A DNA stretch of 64,000 bases from a virus. Both the position numbers and the translations under genes were made by a program. Location: the IMG/VR virus record IMGVR_UViG_3300032083_002615, positions 5,452-69,451 of that record. One strand, given 5' to 3'. This document shows, one piece after another, positions 51,319 through 59,086 of this stretch. Position 1 is the first letter of the stretch, and every line of letters starts with the position of its first letter. A model generated the notes under the pieces. That model saw nothing but the letters and a program-made list of their open reading frames with translations. It ran no database searches and was not told the origin of the DNA.

Positions 51319-52024
51319 AGCTTGTAATCCAAGAAGAAGAAAACCAGGTGAGAGTGAAGCTCAATATAGACAAAGATGTGGGCCAAGGCCATTAGGACAA
51401 ATTAAAATGGGTGAAAAAAAGAATCCAAGAATCCCAAGAAAAAAGGGACAACCAGCAGGTTCAAAGAAACATTCTGATTTATACACAGATGAAAACCCAA
51501 AAGGAACTATAAAAGGATTAAAGTTTGCAACTGTAAAAGATGCTAAGGCATCAGTCAGTAAAATTAAAGGTAGTGGTAAATCACATGCTCATAAGATTCA
51601 GGCTGCTGTTGCTATGGAACAAAGAGCAAGAGAGATGGGTAAAACATCTCAAGCAGCTGTTTATAGAGCATTCATCAATAAGATGAAAAAGATTACTAAA
51701 CAAAAAAATGAGGGTTGGAGTGAAAAATATAAAAAATCAATTGATTGTAACAACCCAAAAGGATTCAGTCAAAAAGCACATTGTACAGGAAAAAAGAAAA
51801 AATCGGAGAATGTAATGAAACTTACAAAGTCTAAATTAAGAGAAATGATTGAAGAAGAATACTTTAATTATCTTGTAGAAAAAAACGTACCAACAAATCC
51901 ATCTAAGTGGAGTTATTATAAATCACAAGCTAAAAAGAAGTTTGATGTATATCCATCGGCTTATGCAAATGCTTGGGCTGCTAAGATGTATAAAAAAGCT
52001 GGTGGTGGTTGGAAAAAGGGATAA
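51311..52024 (+). CDS. Highly basic modular protein (probable internal head protein)
   Basis: Modules RIPRKKGQPAGSKKHSDLYTDENPKGT, EGWSEKYKKSIDCNNPKGFSQKAHC and KKKFDVYPSAYAN.W..K.YK..GGGW, separated by xxE junctions. Confidence 0.6.
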   Translation: MRKACNPRRRKPGESEAQYRQRCGPRPLGQIKMGEKKNPRIPRKKGQPAGSKKHSDLYTDENPKGTIKGLKFATVKDAKASVSKIKGSGKSHAHKIQAAVAMEQRAREMGKTSQAAVYRAFINKMKKITKQKNEGWSEKYKKSIDCNNPKGFSQKAHCTGKKKKSENVMKLTKSKLREMIEEEYFNYLVEKNVPTNPSKWSYYKSQAKKKFDVYPSAYANAWAAKMYKKAGGGWKKG

Positions 52025-52026
52025 TT

Positions 52027-52449
52027 ATGAAAATCACAGAAAAAAGAGGAACTTGTTGGGTGGGATACAAACAAGTTGGTATGAAAGAAAAAGGTGGTAA
52101 AATGGTGCCTAATTGTGTTAAAGAAATTTACTATGAGGAAAATGGTAAAGGGTATGGGTACACGTTTGAATTTTATGGTGAGAATCTACAAGAGGCTGAA
52201 TACAAAGGTAGAAAAGTTAAACTTAATAAAATCATGCAAGGTGATAGAAAAAAGTTTAAGGTTTATGTAAAGAATGATAAAGGTAATGTTGTGGTGGTTC
52301 ATTTTGGACAAGGTGGTGATGCTAAGGGTGGAACGATGAGAATCAGAAAATCAAATCCAAAAGCTAGAAAATCATTTAGAGCACGACACAATTGTGATAA
52401 TCCAGGTCCTAAATACAAAGCTAGATATTGGGCGTGTAGAACATGGTAA
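52027..52449 (+). CDS. Basic modular protein (CWxGY...VPNCV plus ARKSFRARHNC modules)
   Basis: Start at ATG 52027; modules I recognise from hypothetical proteins of T4-like marine phages. Confidence 0.6.
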   Translation: MKITEKRGTCWVGYKQVGMKEKGGKMVPNCVKEIYYEENGKGYGYTFEFYGENLQEAEYKGRKVKLNKIMQGDRKKFKVYVKNDKGNVVVVHFGQGGDAKGGTMRIRKSNPKARKSFRARHNCDNPGPKYKARYWACRTW

Positions 52450-52607
52450 AATTAAAAAAATTATTAAACATTCAAGAGGGAAAGGCAGATAGAGCTTTTA
52501 CCAAAATCATTGGTTTATTAAGAAAAGAATCAAGAAAATTAAATGATGATGATTCATATGAGTTAAGCACTAAATTAAAGGCTTGGTTTAATAAAAATGT
52601 TATGTAA
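52443..52607 (+). CDS. 54-aa protein with MVKLKKLLNIQE leader, not in the ORF track
   Basis: Open frame filling the gap; same leader type as 45299 and 50602. Confidence 0.6.
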   Translation: MVKLKKLLNIQEGKADRAFTKIIGLLRKESRKLNDDDSYELSTKLKAWFNKNVM

Positions 52608-52642
52608 AAAAGCTTGTTTTTTTAATAAATAATTCGTAAATT
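52607..52642 (+). promoter_or_regulatory. Sigma70-like promoter (third copy of the AAAAAGCTTG class)
   Basis: AAAAAGCTTGTTT ... TTCGTAAATT. Confidence 0.55.
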
Positions 52643-52657
52643 ACATAGAGGTATATT

Positions 52658-55627
52658 TTGAACAAACTTGTAGAAGAAATAATTAAACCAATTTTAGAAG
52701 CCAATGGTATAAAAAAAGTCATTGGTATTTATGGTGGTAGATTTCAACCATTCGGGCCTCATCATTTAAAAACATATAAATGGTTACAATCCAAAGTTGA
52801 TGAAGCATACATCACAACATCCAATATAAAGAAACCCCCAAGACACCCAATGAACTTCAAAGAAAAAGTTAGACATATGTCAAAGATGGGTGTTCCTGCA
52901 AATCGTATCATTGAAGAAAAATCACCTTATGTTGCAAAAAATTTAGAGAAAAAATATGATAAAAATACTACAGCATTTGTTTATGTATTTGGAGCAAAAG
53001 ATGCTGGTAGATTAGGTGGTGGTGGAAAATACTTTCAAGATTATTTAAAAAACAAAAAGAATTTAAAGGGGTATGGTGAGAATGGATATTATTTAGTTGC
53101 ACCACATGTTTCCATATCAGTTGGTGGTAAGGAAGTTAGTGGAACAACAATGAGAGAATTACTTGGTTCAGACAAATATGATGATAAACAAAGAGTGAAG
53201 TTGTTTAAAAAGATGTTTGGTTATTATGACAAGGGTGTTTTCAATATGATGACTAACAAATTTAGTAAAATGTTTGAGGATACTATTCATACGACTTGGG
53301 ATAATACAAAACCAAAACCAAAAAATCCAAAACACTTTGATAAAAAAGACAAAGATTTATTATTTGATTTAGACTTACCAATTAAAGTTGGTGATACGAT
53401 TATGATGGGTAGATTTAAAAACAAAAAAGTAGTAATAAAAACCATTGACTTCAATGATAAAGGTGATTTGATGATTAACGGAAGACCAGCTTTAAAATTT
53501 AGAATTATTAAATCAAAAGAAATAGATGAGTTTTTAATCCATAATGATGTTAAAAAAATATTAGAGGTTTCAAATACTGGAACTGATGGTGTTCAAGGGG
53601 TGGATTCAGGTCCAAGTTTAATGTTTAAAAACTCAAATGATTATAAAGGTAGAGGTAATCAAGAAGCAGAAAAACTTGGTTGGACTGTAATTAATTATAT
53701 TTTACAAGGTGATATAGATAACTTACCACCAGATGAAAGTGAAATGTTAGATGGATGGCCATTAGGTCCTCACAATTCTGTTACATACTTACCAGCCGGT
53801 ATAGGAACAGGAGTTACACCAAATAACCAAGAAAATCTAACTGGTAAAAAAGGATATAATAAATGGTTAAGGGCTATGAGGACAAAAGCTGAAGAAGTTG
53901 GTATGCAATTAATGAAGTTTACCAAACAAGAAAGAGATATTAAAAAACAAATCGCTAAAGATACTGTGGATACAATTAAACAACAAAAAGAAGAAGAGAA
54001 AGAAAAAAAAGTAGATATTAAAGTTGAAGAAAATGTATTTACAAAAGATTGGTGGGATGATGTTTTAGTTGAAGTATCTGCAAAAACAAAAAAATTCAAA
54101 CAAAAGTTAATGAGAAGAGGTATCAAGATAAGATACGATAAAGCAAAAGCTCAACAAGACTTACAACAAAAATATGGTGGACAAGGTGAAGTTGTTGGAA
54201 AGAAATTTGGTTTGAGAAAAGCTTATTATGCAGTTCCTAAAAAAGGATTTAAGAAAGATACAAAACCAACACTTAAAATTACAAAAAAAGAAATAGATAA
54301 ATTACAAAAAGATAAAGTGTTGGATAAAGGTAATTTAAAAGTAGTATTTTCTGAATCTTGGTGGAAAGAAAAATTATTACTCAAAGAAGGTGGAGCATAC
54401 GGACATATGGCTCATCCATTTGACGACAAAGAATTAACATTCGGTGACTTGAAAAAAATTATTGAATTAGGATTAGGTGGACAATTGAATCGTGAAGATA
54501 ATGTTACAGAGAAACTTGATGGACAGAACATTATGGTTAGTTTCAAAGATGGAAAACTTATTGCAGCTAGAAACAAAGGACATATTAAAAATGGTGGTAA
54601 AACAGCATTGGATAAAAAAGGGATAGCGAGTAAGTTCAAAGGTAGAGGTGCTATAAGAAATGCTTTCGTTTATGCGATGAATGATTTAGAAAAAGCCATC
54701 AAGTCTTTATCAGATAAACAAAGAGATAAGATATTCAACAATGGATATAATTTTATGAATTTAGAAGTTATGTATCCATCATCTGCAAATGTAATTGATT
54801 ATGACATTACACAATTGATATTTCACGGAGCACTGAAATATGATGATAAGGGAAATGTTAAAGGCGAGGTATCAGGTAGTGGTAGAATACTTGCAGGTAT
54901 GATTCAACAAAGAAATCAAAACATACAAAAGAAATATTCAATTGGAAAACCTGTGTTTTTAGATGTTCCAAAACATCAAGACTTTGGTAAAATGAAAGAT
55001 AAGTTTTTAGGAAGATTAAGTAAATTAAAAGCTGAATATGGTTTAAAAGATAATGATACATTAGGATTGTATCACCAAATGTGGTGGGAACATAAAATAT
55101 ATCAAACATTTGGAAGTAGAAATTTAAGTGGGAAACTCACTCAAGGATTAGTTAAAAGATGGGCTTTCTTTGATAAATCATATTCAATATCTGATATAAA
55201 AAAAGATATGGAAAGATTCAGGTCAGCGAATCCAAAAAGAGAAGATGTTTTACAAGCAATATTAGATTTTGATAAAACGAATCATAAACAACAAGTGAAA
55301 AAAAATATGAAACCATTTGAAGAATTGTTCTTTGAAGTAGGAGCTGAGATATTGAAAAATGTAAAAGGATTCATATCAGCTAATCCAAAGAAATCAGTTC
55401 AAGGTATTGTAAAAAGATTAGATAAAGCTATATCAGTTGTAAAAAGTGGTGGTGATGTAAAAAAATTAAAAGTATTGAAACAACAATTAGATAAATTAAA
55501 TGCGATTGGTGGGACAAAAGCCATTGTTCCAAGTGAAGGTTTGGTGTTTAAATATAAAGGAAAGACTTATAAATTCACAGGTGCATTTGCACCAATAAAC
55601 CAAATCACAGGTTTAATTTATTTTTAG
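52658..55627 (+). CDS. Multidomain protein: N-terminal HIGH-type nucleotidylyltransferase plus C-terminal ligase-like (KxDG) domain
   Basis: IYGGRFQPFGPHH ... SGTTMR; GGAYGHMAHPFD, VTEKLDGQN, ARNKG, EGLVF, YKFTGAFAPINQI. Confidence 0.7.
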   Translation: MNKLVEEIIKPILEANGIKKVIGIYGGRFQPFGPHHLKTYKWLQSKVDEAYITTSNIKKPPRHPMNFKEKVRHMSKMGVPANRIIEEKSPYVAKNLEKKYDKNTTAFVYVFGAKDAGRLGGGGKYFQDYLKNKKNLKGYGENGYYLVAPHVSISVGGKEVSGTTMRELLGSDKYDDKQRVKLFKKMFGYYDKGVFNMMTNKFSKMFEDTIHTTWDNTKPKPKNPKHFDKKDKDLLFDLDLPIKVGDTIMMGRFKNKKVVIKTIDFNDKGDLMINGRPALKFRIIKSKEIDEFLIHNDVKKILEVSNTGTDGVQGVDSGPSLMFKNSNDYKGRGNQEAEKLGWTVINYILQGDIDNLPPDESEMLDGWPLGPHNSVTYLPAGIGTGVTPNNQENLTGKKGYNKWLRAMRTKAEEVGMQLMKFTKQERDIKKQIAKDTVDTIKQQKEEEKEKKVDIKVEENVFTKDWWDDVLVEVSAKTKKFKQKLMRRGIKIRYDKAKAQQDLQQKYGGQGEVVGKKFGLRKAYYAVPKKGFKKDTKPTLKITKKEIDKLQKDKVLDKGNLKVVFSESWWKEKLLLKEGGAYGHMAHPFDDKELTFGDLKKIIELGLGGQLNREDNVTEKLDGQNIMVSFKDGKLIAARNKGHIKNGGKTALDKKGIASKFKGRGAIRNAFVYAMNDLEKAIKSLSDKQRDKIFNNGYNFMNLEVMYPSSANVIDYDITQLIFHGALKYDDKGNVKGEVSGSGRILAGMIQQRNQNIQKKYSIGKPVFLDVPKHQDFGKMKDKFLGRLSKLKAEYGLKDNDTLGLYHQMWWEHKIYQTFGSRNLSGKLTQGLVKRWAFFDKSYSISDIKKDMERFRSANPKREDVLQAILDFDKTNHKQQVKKNMKPFEELFFEVGAEILKNVKGFISANPKKSVQGIVKRLDKAISVVKSGGDVKKLKVLKQQLDKLNAIGGTKAIVPSEGLVFKYKGKTYKFTGAFAPINQITGLIYF

Positions 55628-55640
55628 ATATTTATATATA
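55628..55640 (+). promoter_or_regulatory. Putative late promoter variant ATATTTATATATA
   Basis: Core motif copy upstream of the lysis/terminase/portal operon. Confidence 0.65.
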
Positions 55641-55657
55641 CAAGATTAAGAGGTATT

Positions 55658-56188
55658 ATGGCAAAAGAAAGTAAAAATTTACAAAAAGTCCAAGATATGT
55701 TGGATGGAACTTATGGTGGAAAAACACAAGTTGGATACTCAGAGGTTGAACAGGTTAGAAAAGTTGGTGATAAATGGACAGATAGTGATGGGTATGAATG
55801 GGAACAGAAAGATGGGTATAAACTAAAAAGTGGTGGTAGTATGCCTGCAATGGGTATGTTTAATCACCAATGTAAAGATTGTGGAAAAAATTGTAGTCCA
55901 AAAATGGCAAAGCCGTGGGATAGAGATTGTTGGAAAGCTGATGGTAGGTGTTATTATTGTCAATTAGATTATGAGGTAGATTTAAAAGTTAAACCAATAA
56001 GGTGGTTTGCTTATAGAAGATTAAAAGATTTACAAAATATGGAATCCATTGAAAAAGATATGGAACAATGGGTAGAAGAATTTACAAAAATGAAAAAAGA
56101 AAATCCATTTGATGAAACAATTGCTAACGCTCTTGCAAATGGAGAGGTTGATATGCAATTGAACAAAGTAACTAATAAACTCGTATAG
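55658..56188 (+). CDS. Hypothetical Zn-finger protein
   Basis: RKVGDKWTDSDGYEWEQKDG; CKDC...CYYC. Confidence 0.65.
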   Translation: MAKESKNLQKVQDMLDGTYGGKTQVGYSEVEQVRKVGDKWTDSDGYEWEQKDGYKLKSGGSMPAMGMFNHQCKDCGKNCSPKMAKPWDRDCWKADGRCYYCQLDYEVDLKVKPIRWFAYRRLKDLQNMESIEKDMEQWVEEFTKMKKENPFDETIANALANGEVDMQLNKVTNKLV

Positions 56189-56198
56189 GAGAAATAAA

Positions 56199-56351
56199 AT
56201 GACAGAATGGCTATTAGCAAATTGGGAATGGGTAATGTTAGGATTTTATACATTAGAAAAAATCGTAAAATTATCACCAAGTAAAAAAGACGACATTATA
56301 TTCGATGCAGTGATTAAACCTGTATGGGATAAATTACCCTTTGGTAAATAA
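56199..56351 (+). CDS. 50-aa holin-like membrane peptide, not in the ORF track
   Basis: AGGAG SD; MTEWLLANWEWVMLGFYTLEKIVKLSPSKKDDIIFD..., with a TM segment and a 'TPxxxDD'-type motif. Confidence 0.55.
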   Translation: MTEWLLANWEWVMLGFYTLEKIVKLSPSKKDDIIFDAVIKPVWDKLPFGK

Positions 56352-56353
56352 AA

Positions 56354-56659
56354 ATGTTTAGTAAAATAAAAAAATATGTTATAGGATTTTTTGTTTTGTG
56401 TGGTGGAATCCTTTTTGCATTTCTATCTGGTAAAAGCGCAGGTAGAAAAGATGAGAAAGTTAAAGGATTGAAAAAACAGTCTAAAAAAGTTTCTGATATA
56501 TTAAAGGATAAAGAGAAGTCACAGAAAGCAATTAAAAAGAGTTTAAAAAGTAAGAAAAAGGCTCTTGAAGACATCAAAAAGAAAAAATATAAAAAAAAGA
56601 AAGTCGCTAAAAAAGAAGCAGAGGACTTTTTAAAAAACTTTAGCAAGGAGAAAAAATAA
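56354..56659 (+). CDS. Membrane-anchored Lys-rich coiled-coil protein (inner-spanin-like)
   Basis: N-terminal TM followed by a coiled coil; adjacent to the holin-like gene. Confidence 0.45.
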   Translation: MFSKIKKYVIGFFVLCGGILFAFLSGKSAGRKDEKVKGLKKQSKKVSDILKDKEKSQKAIKKSLKSKKKALEDIKKKKYKKKKVAKKEAEDFLKNFSKEKK

Positions 56660-57117
56660 TGCCACACGAACCAGGACATAATGGAAATACAACTCAAGCT
56701 TCTTATAGAATAGTTGGTACTGATAGAACTTATAGTGGATTGGTGGTTATGGTAGGTGGACATCCATATACAACAGATGGAGGGACATTACAAGGAAATT
56801 CACAACAACTTGAATTAGTAGGAAATAATAACACATCACAAACTCAAACACAAAATGATAATCCTGTCACAAGAACTTTTATTTCAAGAGTTCTTTATTA
56901 TAGACAAGATGGGACAACTGTTCCAGTAGGAACTGAAATGCACGAACACGCCAATGGAACAATTATGTTAGGGCACGACCCTGAAAATATGGGTGAGATT
57001 GTTACAAGAACTTCAACTCAAAGAACTCAAACTCAAAGAACTCAAACTCAAAGAACTAGAACATCGACTGGTAGAATGGGTGGAGGAAGAACAGGTGGAG
57101 GTAGAAGTGGTTACTAA
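56659..57117 (+). CDS. Hypothetical protein with TQRTQ repeats and an RGG-like tail
   Basis: 152 aa ORF with AAGGAG SD. Confidence 0.6.
   Translation: MPHEPGHNGNTTQASYRIVGTDRTYSGLVVMVGGHPYTTDGGTLQGNSQQLELVGNNNTSQTQTQNDNPVTRTFISRVLYYRQDGTTVPVGTEMHEHANGTIMLGHDPENMGEIVTRTSTQRTQTQRTQTQRTRTSTGRMGGGRTGGGRSGY
57004..57060 (+). repeat. 15-nt tandem repeat (caaagaactcaaact)
   Basis: About three copies encoding QRTQT. Confidence 0.8.
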
Positions 57118-57463
57118 ATTACTATTGATATTATTACTATCTTTTTCATTCACACAAGACATTTGTGAAGGAACTTGTTTTTCAGAAGAGGAAGTACAGA
57201 ATATGTATAATAACATAAAAGCTCTTGAATTTAAAAGAGAAACTTGTGAAAGTGCTTATTTGAATTTTGAAAGTCAATTGGAAGAATGTGATGAATATAT
57301 AGATGAATGTGATGAACAAGCACAACTGTATAAAGAACAAATTAAAATTAAAGATGAAATGATAAAAACAATAAAACCAAAATGGTATGAAAACAAATAC
57401 CTTTGGTTCTTTGGTGGAGTTATATTTACAAGTGGTTCAGTATTTTTAGCAGGACAATTGTAA
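57107..57463 (+). CDS. Secreted coiled-coil protein with a C-terminal TM (spanin-like)
   Basis: Start moved to GTG 57107 behind GGAGG; signal peptide, coiled coil, KPKWYENKYLWFFGGVIF. Confidence 0.5.
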   Translation: MVTKLLLILLLSFSFTQDICEGTCFSEEEVQNMYNNIKALEFKRETCESAYLNFESQLEECDEYIDECDEQAQLYKEQIKIKDEMIKTIKPKWYENKYLWFFGGVIFTSGSVFLAGQL

Positions 57464-59076
57464 TGAGTGATTTAAAACAAGCGATACAAAGGGAGTATTT
57501 GAAGTGTGCATCTGACCCTGTACATTTTATGAGAAAGTATTGCACTATTCAACATCCTACGAAAGGTAAGGTTAAGTTTGATTTATACCCATTTCAAGAA
57601 AGATGTTTGACAGAGTTTAAAGACAATCGTTATAATATAATTTTAAAAGCTAGACAATTAGGTATATCTACTTTATCAGCTGGATATGCATTGTGGTTGA
57701 TGTTGTTTCACAATGATAAAAATATTCTTGTTATTGCAACTGGTAAAGACACTGCAAAAAACCTTGTTACAAAAGTAAGAGTAATGTATGACGGTTTACC
57801 TCAATGGTTAAAAACTGGAACAGAAGAAATAAATAAATTATCATTAAGATTTAAAAACGGTTCACAGATAAAAGCAATTGCATCTAATGAATCAGCAGGT
57901 CGTTCAGAAGCATTATCATTATTGATAATTGATGAGGCGGCGTTTATTGACAAGATTGATACAATATGGACTGCGGCACAACAAACACTTGCGACTGGTG
58001 GTGGTTGTATTGCTTTATCAACACCTAATGGTGTGGGTAATTGGTTTCATAAACAATGGATGGGTGCTGAAGAAGGCACGAATGAATTTCATACCATTAG
58101 ATTACATTGGACAGACCATCCTGATAGAACAGAAGAGTGGAGAAAAGAACAAGATAAGATTTTAGGACCTTCACAAGCAGCTCAAGAGTGTGATACAGAC
58201 TTTCTATCAAGTGGACAATCAGTGGTTGACCCACAGATTCTACAATGGTATAAAGATGAATTAACAGAAGCACCTGTTGAGGAGTTGGGAGTAGATAGAG
58301 GTTTATGGATATTTAGACAACCTGATTATACAAAAGAATACATAGTGGTTGCTGATGTGGCTCGTGGTGATGGAACGGATTTCTCAGCTTGTCAAGTGTT
58401 TGAAGTTGAAGATATGGAACAATGTGCAGAATATAAAGGACAATTAAGTACAACGGATTATGGAAACTTCTTAATTGAAGTTGCAACGAAATATAATGAT
58501 GCGTTATTAGTAGTTGAAAACAACAATATAGGTTGGGCTACAATACAAACCATCATAGATAGAGGATATAAGAATTTATTTTATCAATCAAAAGATTTAC
58601 AAGTGGTTGATGTTGAACATCAGATAAACAATAAGTATAGAGCACAAGATAGAAATATGGTACCTGGTTTCTCAACCACACAAAAAACTCGTCCATTGGT
58701 GATTGCAAAAATGGAAGAATATACGAGAGAAAAATTAGTGAAGATTCATTCAAATCGATTAATTGATGAATTGTTTGTATTTATATACAAGAGTGGAGTT
58801 TCACAATCAAAAGCAGAGGCAATGCAAGGTTATAACGATGACTTGGTTATGTCGTATTCAATAGCCCTTTGGGTTAGAGATACAGCGTTGAGATTACAGA
58901 AAGACAAAAATGACCAACAATGGGCAACAATGAACTCAATGTTGAAGTCAAATGGAAATCAATCTGAACACGCTGTAGGTTTCGGAGTAGGTTCTACTGG
59001 ACAACCACGAAAGAATCCATATGAAATGGATAATGGGGTGGGTGAAAAAGAAGATTTAACTTGGTTAATTAAATAA
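57463..59076 (+). CDS. Terminase large subunit (T4 gp17-like)
   Basis: LYPFQ, Walker A LKARQLGIST, Walker B LIIDEAAFI, STPNG, nuclease ADVARGDGTD, DDLVMS; start at ATG 57463. Confidence 0.95.
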   Translation: MSDLKQAIQREYLKCASDPVHFMRKYCTIQHPTKGKVKFDLYPFQERCLTEFKDNRYNIILKARQLGISTLSAGYALWLMLFHNDKNILVIATGKDTAKNLVTKVRVMYDGLPQWLKTGTEEINKLSLRFKNGSQIKAIASNESAGRSEALSLLIIDEAAFIDKIDTIWTAAQQTLATGGGCIALSTPNGVGNWFHKQWMGAEEGTNEFHTIRLHWTDHPDRTEEWRKEQDKILGPSQAAQECDTDFLSSGQSVVDPQILQWYKDELTEAPVEELGVDRGLWIFRQPDYTKEYIVVADVARGDGTDFSACQVFEVEDMEQCAEYKGQLSTTDYGNFLIEVATKYNDALLVVENNNIGWATIQTIIDRGYKNLFYQSKDLQVVDVEHQINNKYRAQDRNMVPGFSTTQKTRPLVIAKMEEYTREKLVKIHSNRLIDELFVFIYKSGVSQSKAEAMQGYNDDLVMSYSIALWVRDTALRLQKDKNDQQWATMNSMLKSNGNQSEHAVGFGVGSTGQPRKNPYEMDNGVGEKEDLTWLIK

Positions 59077-59086
59077 GAGGTAAAAA

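Noticed and set aside
56993-57106. N-terminal extension LKELKLKELK of ORF 56993..57463
   Set aside because: Alternate-frame reading of the 15-nt repeat in the upstream gene; the true start is more likely GTG 57107 with GGAGG
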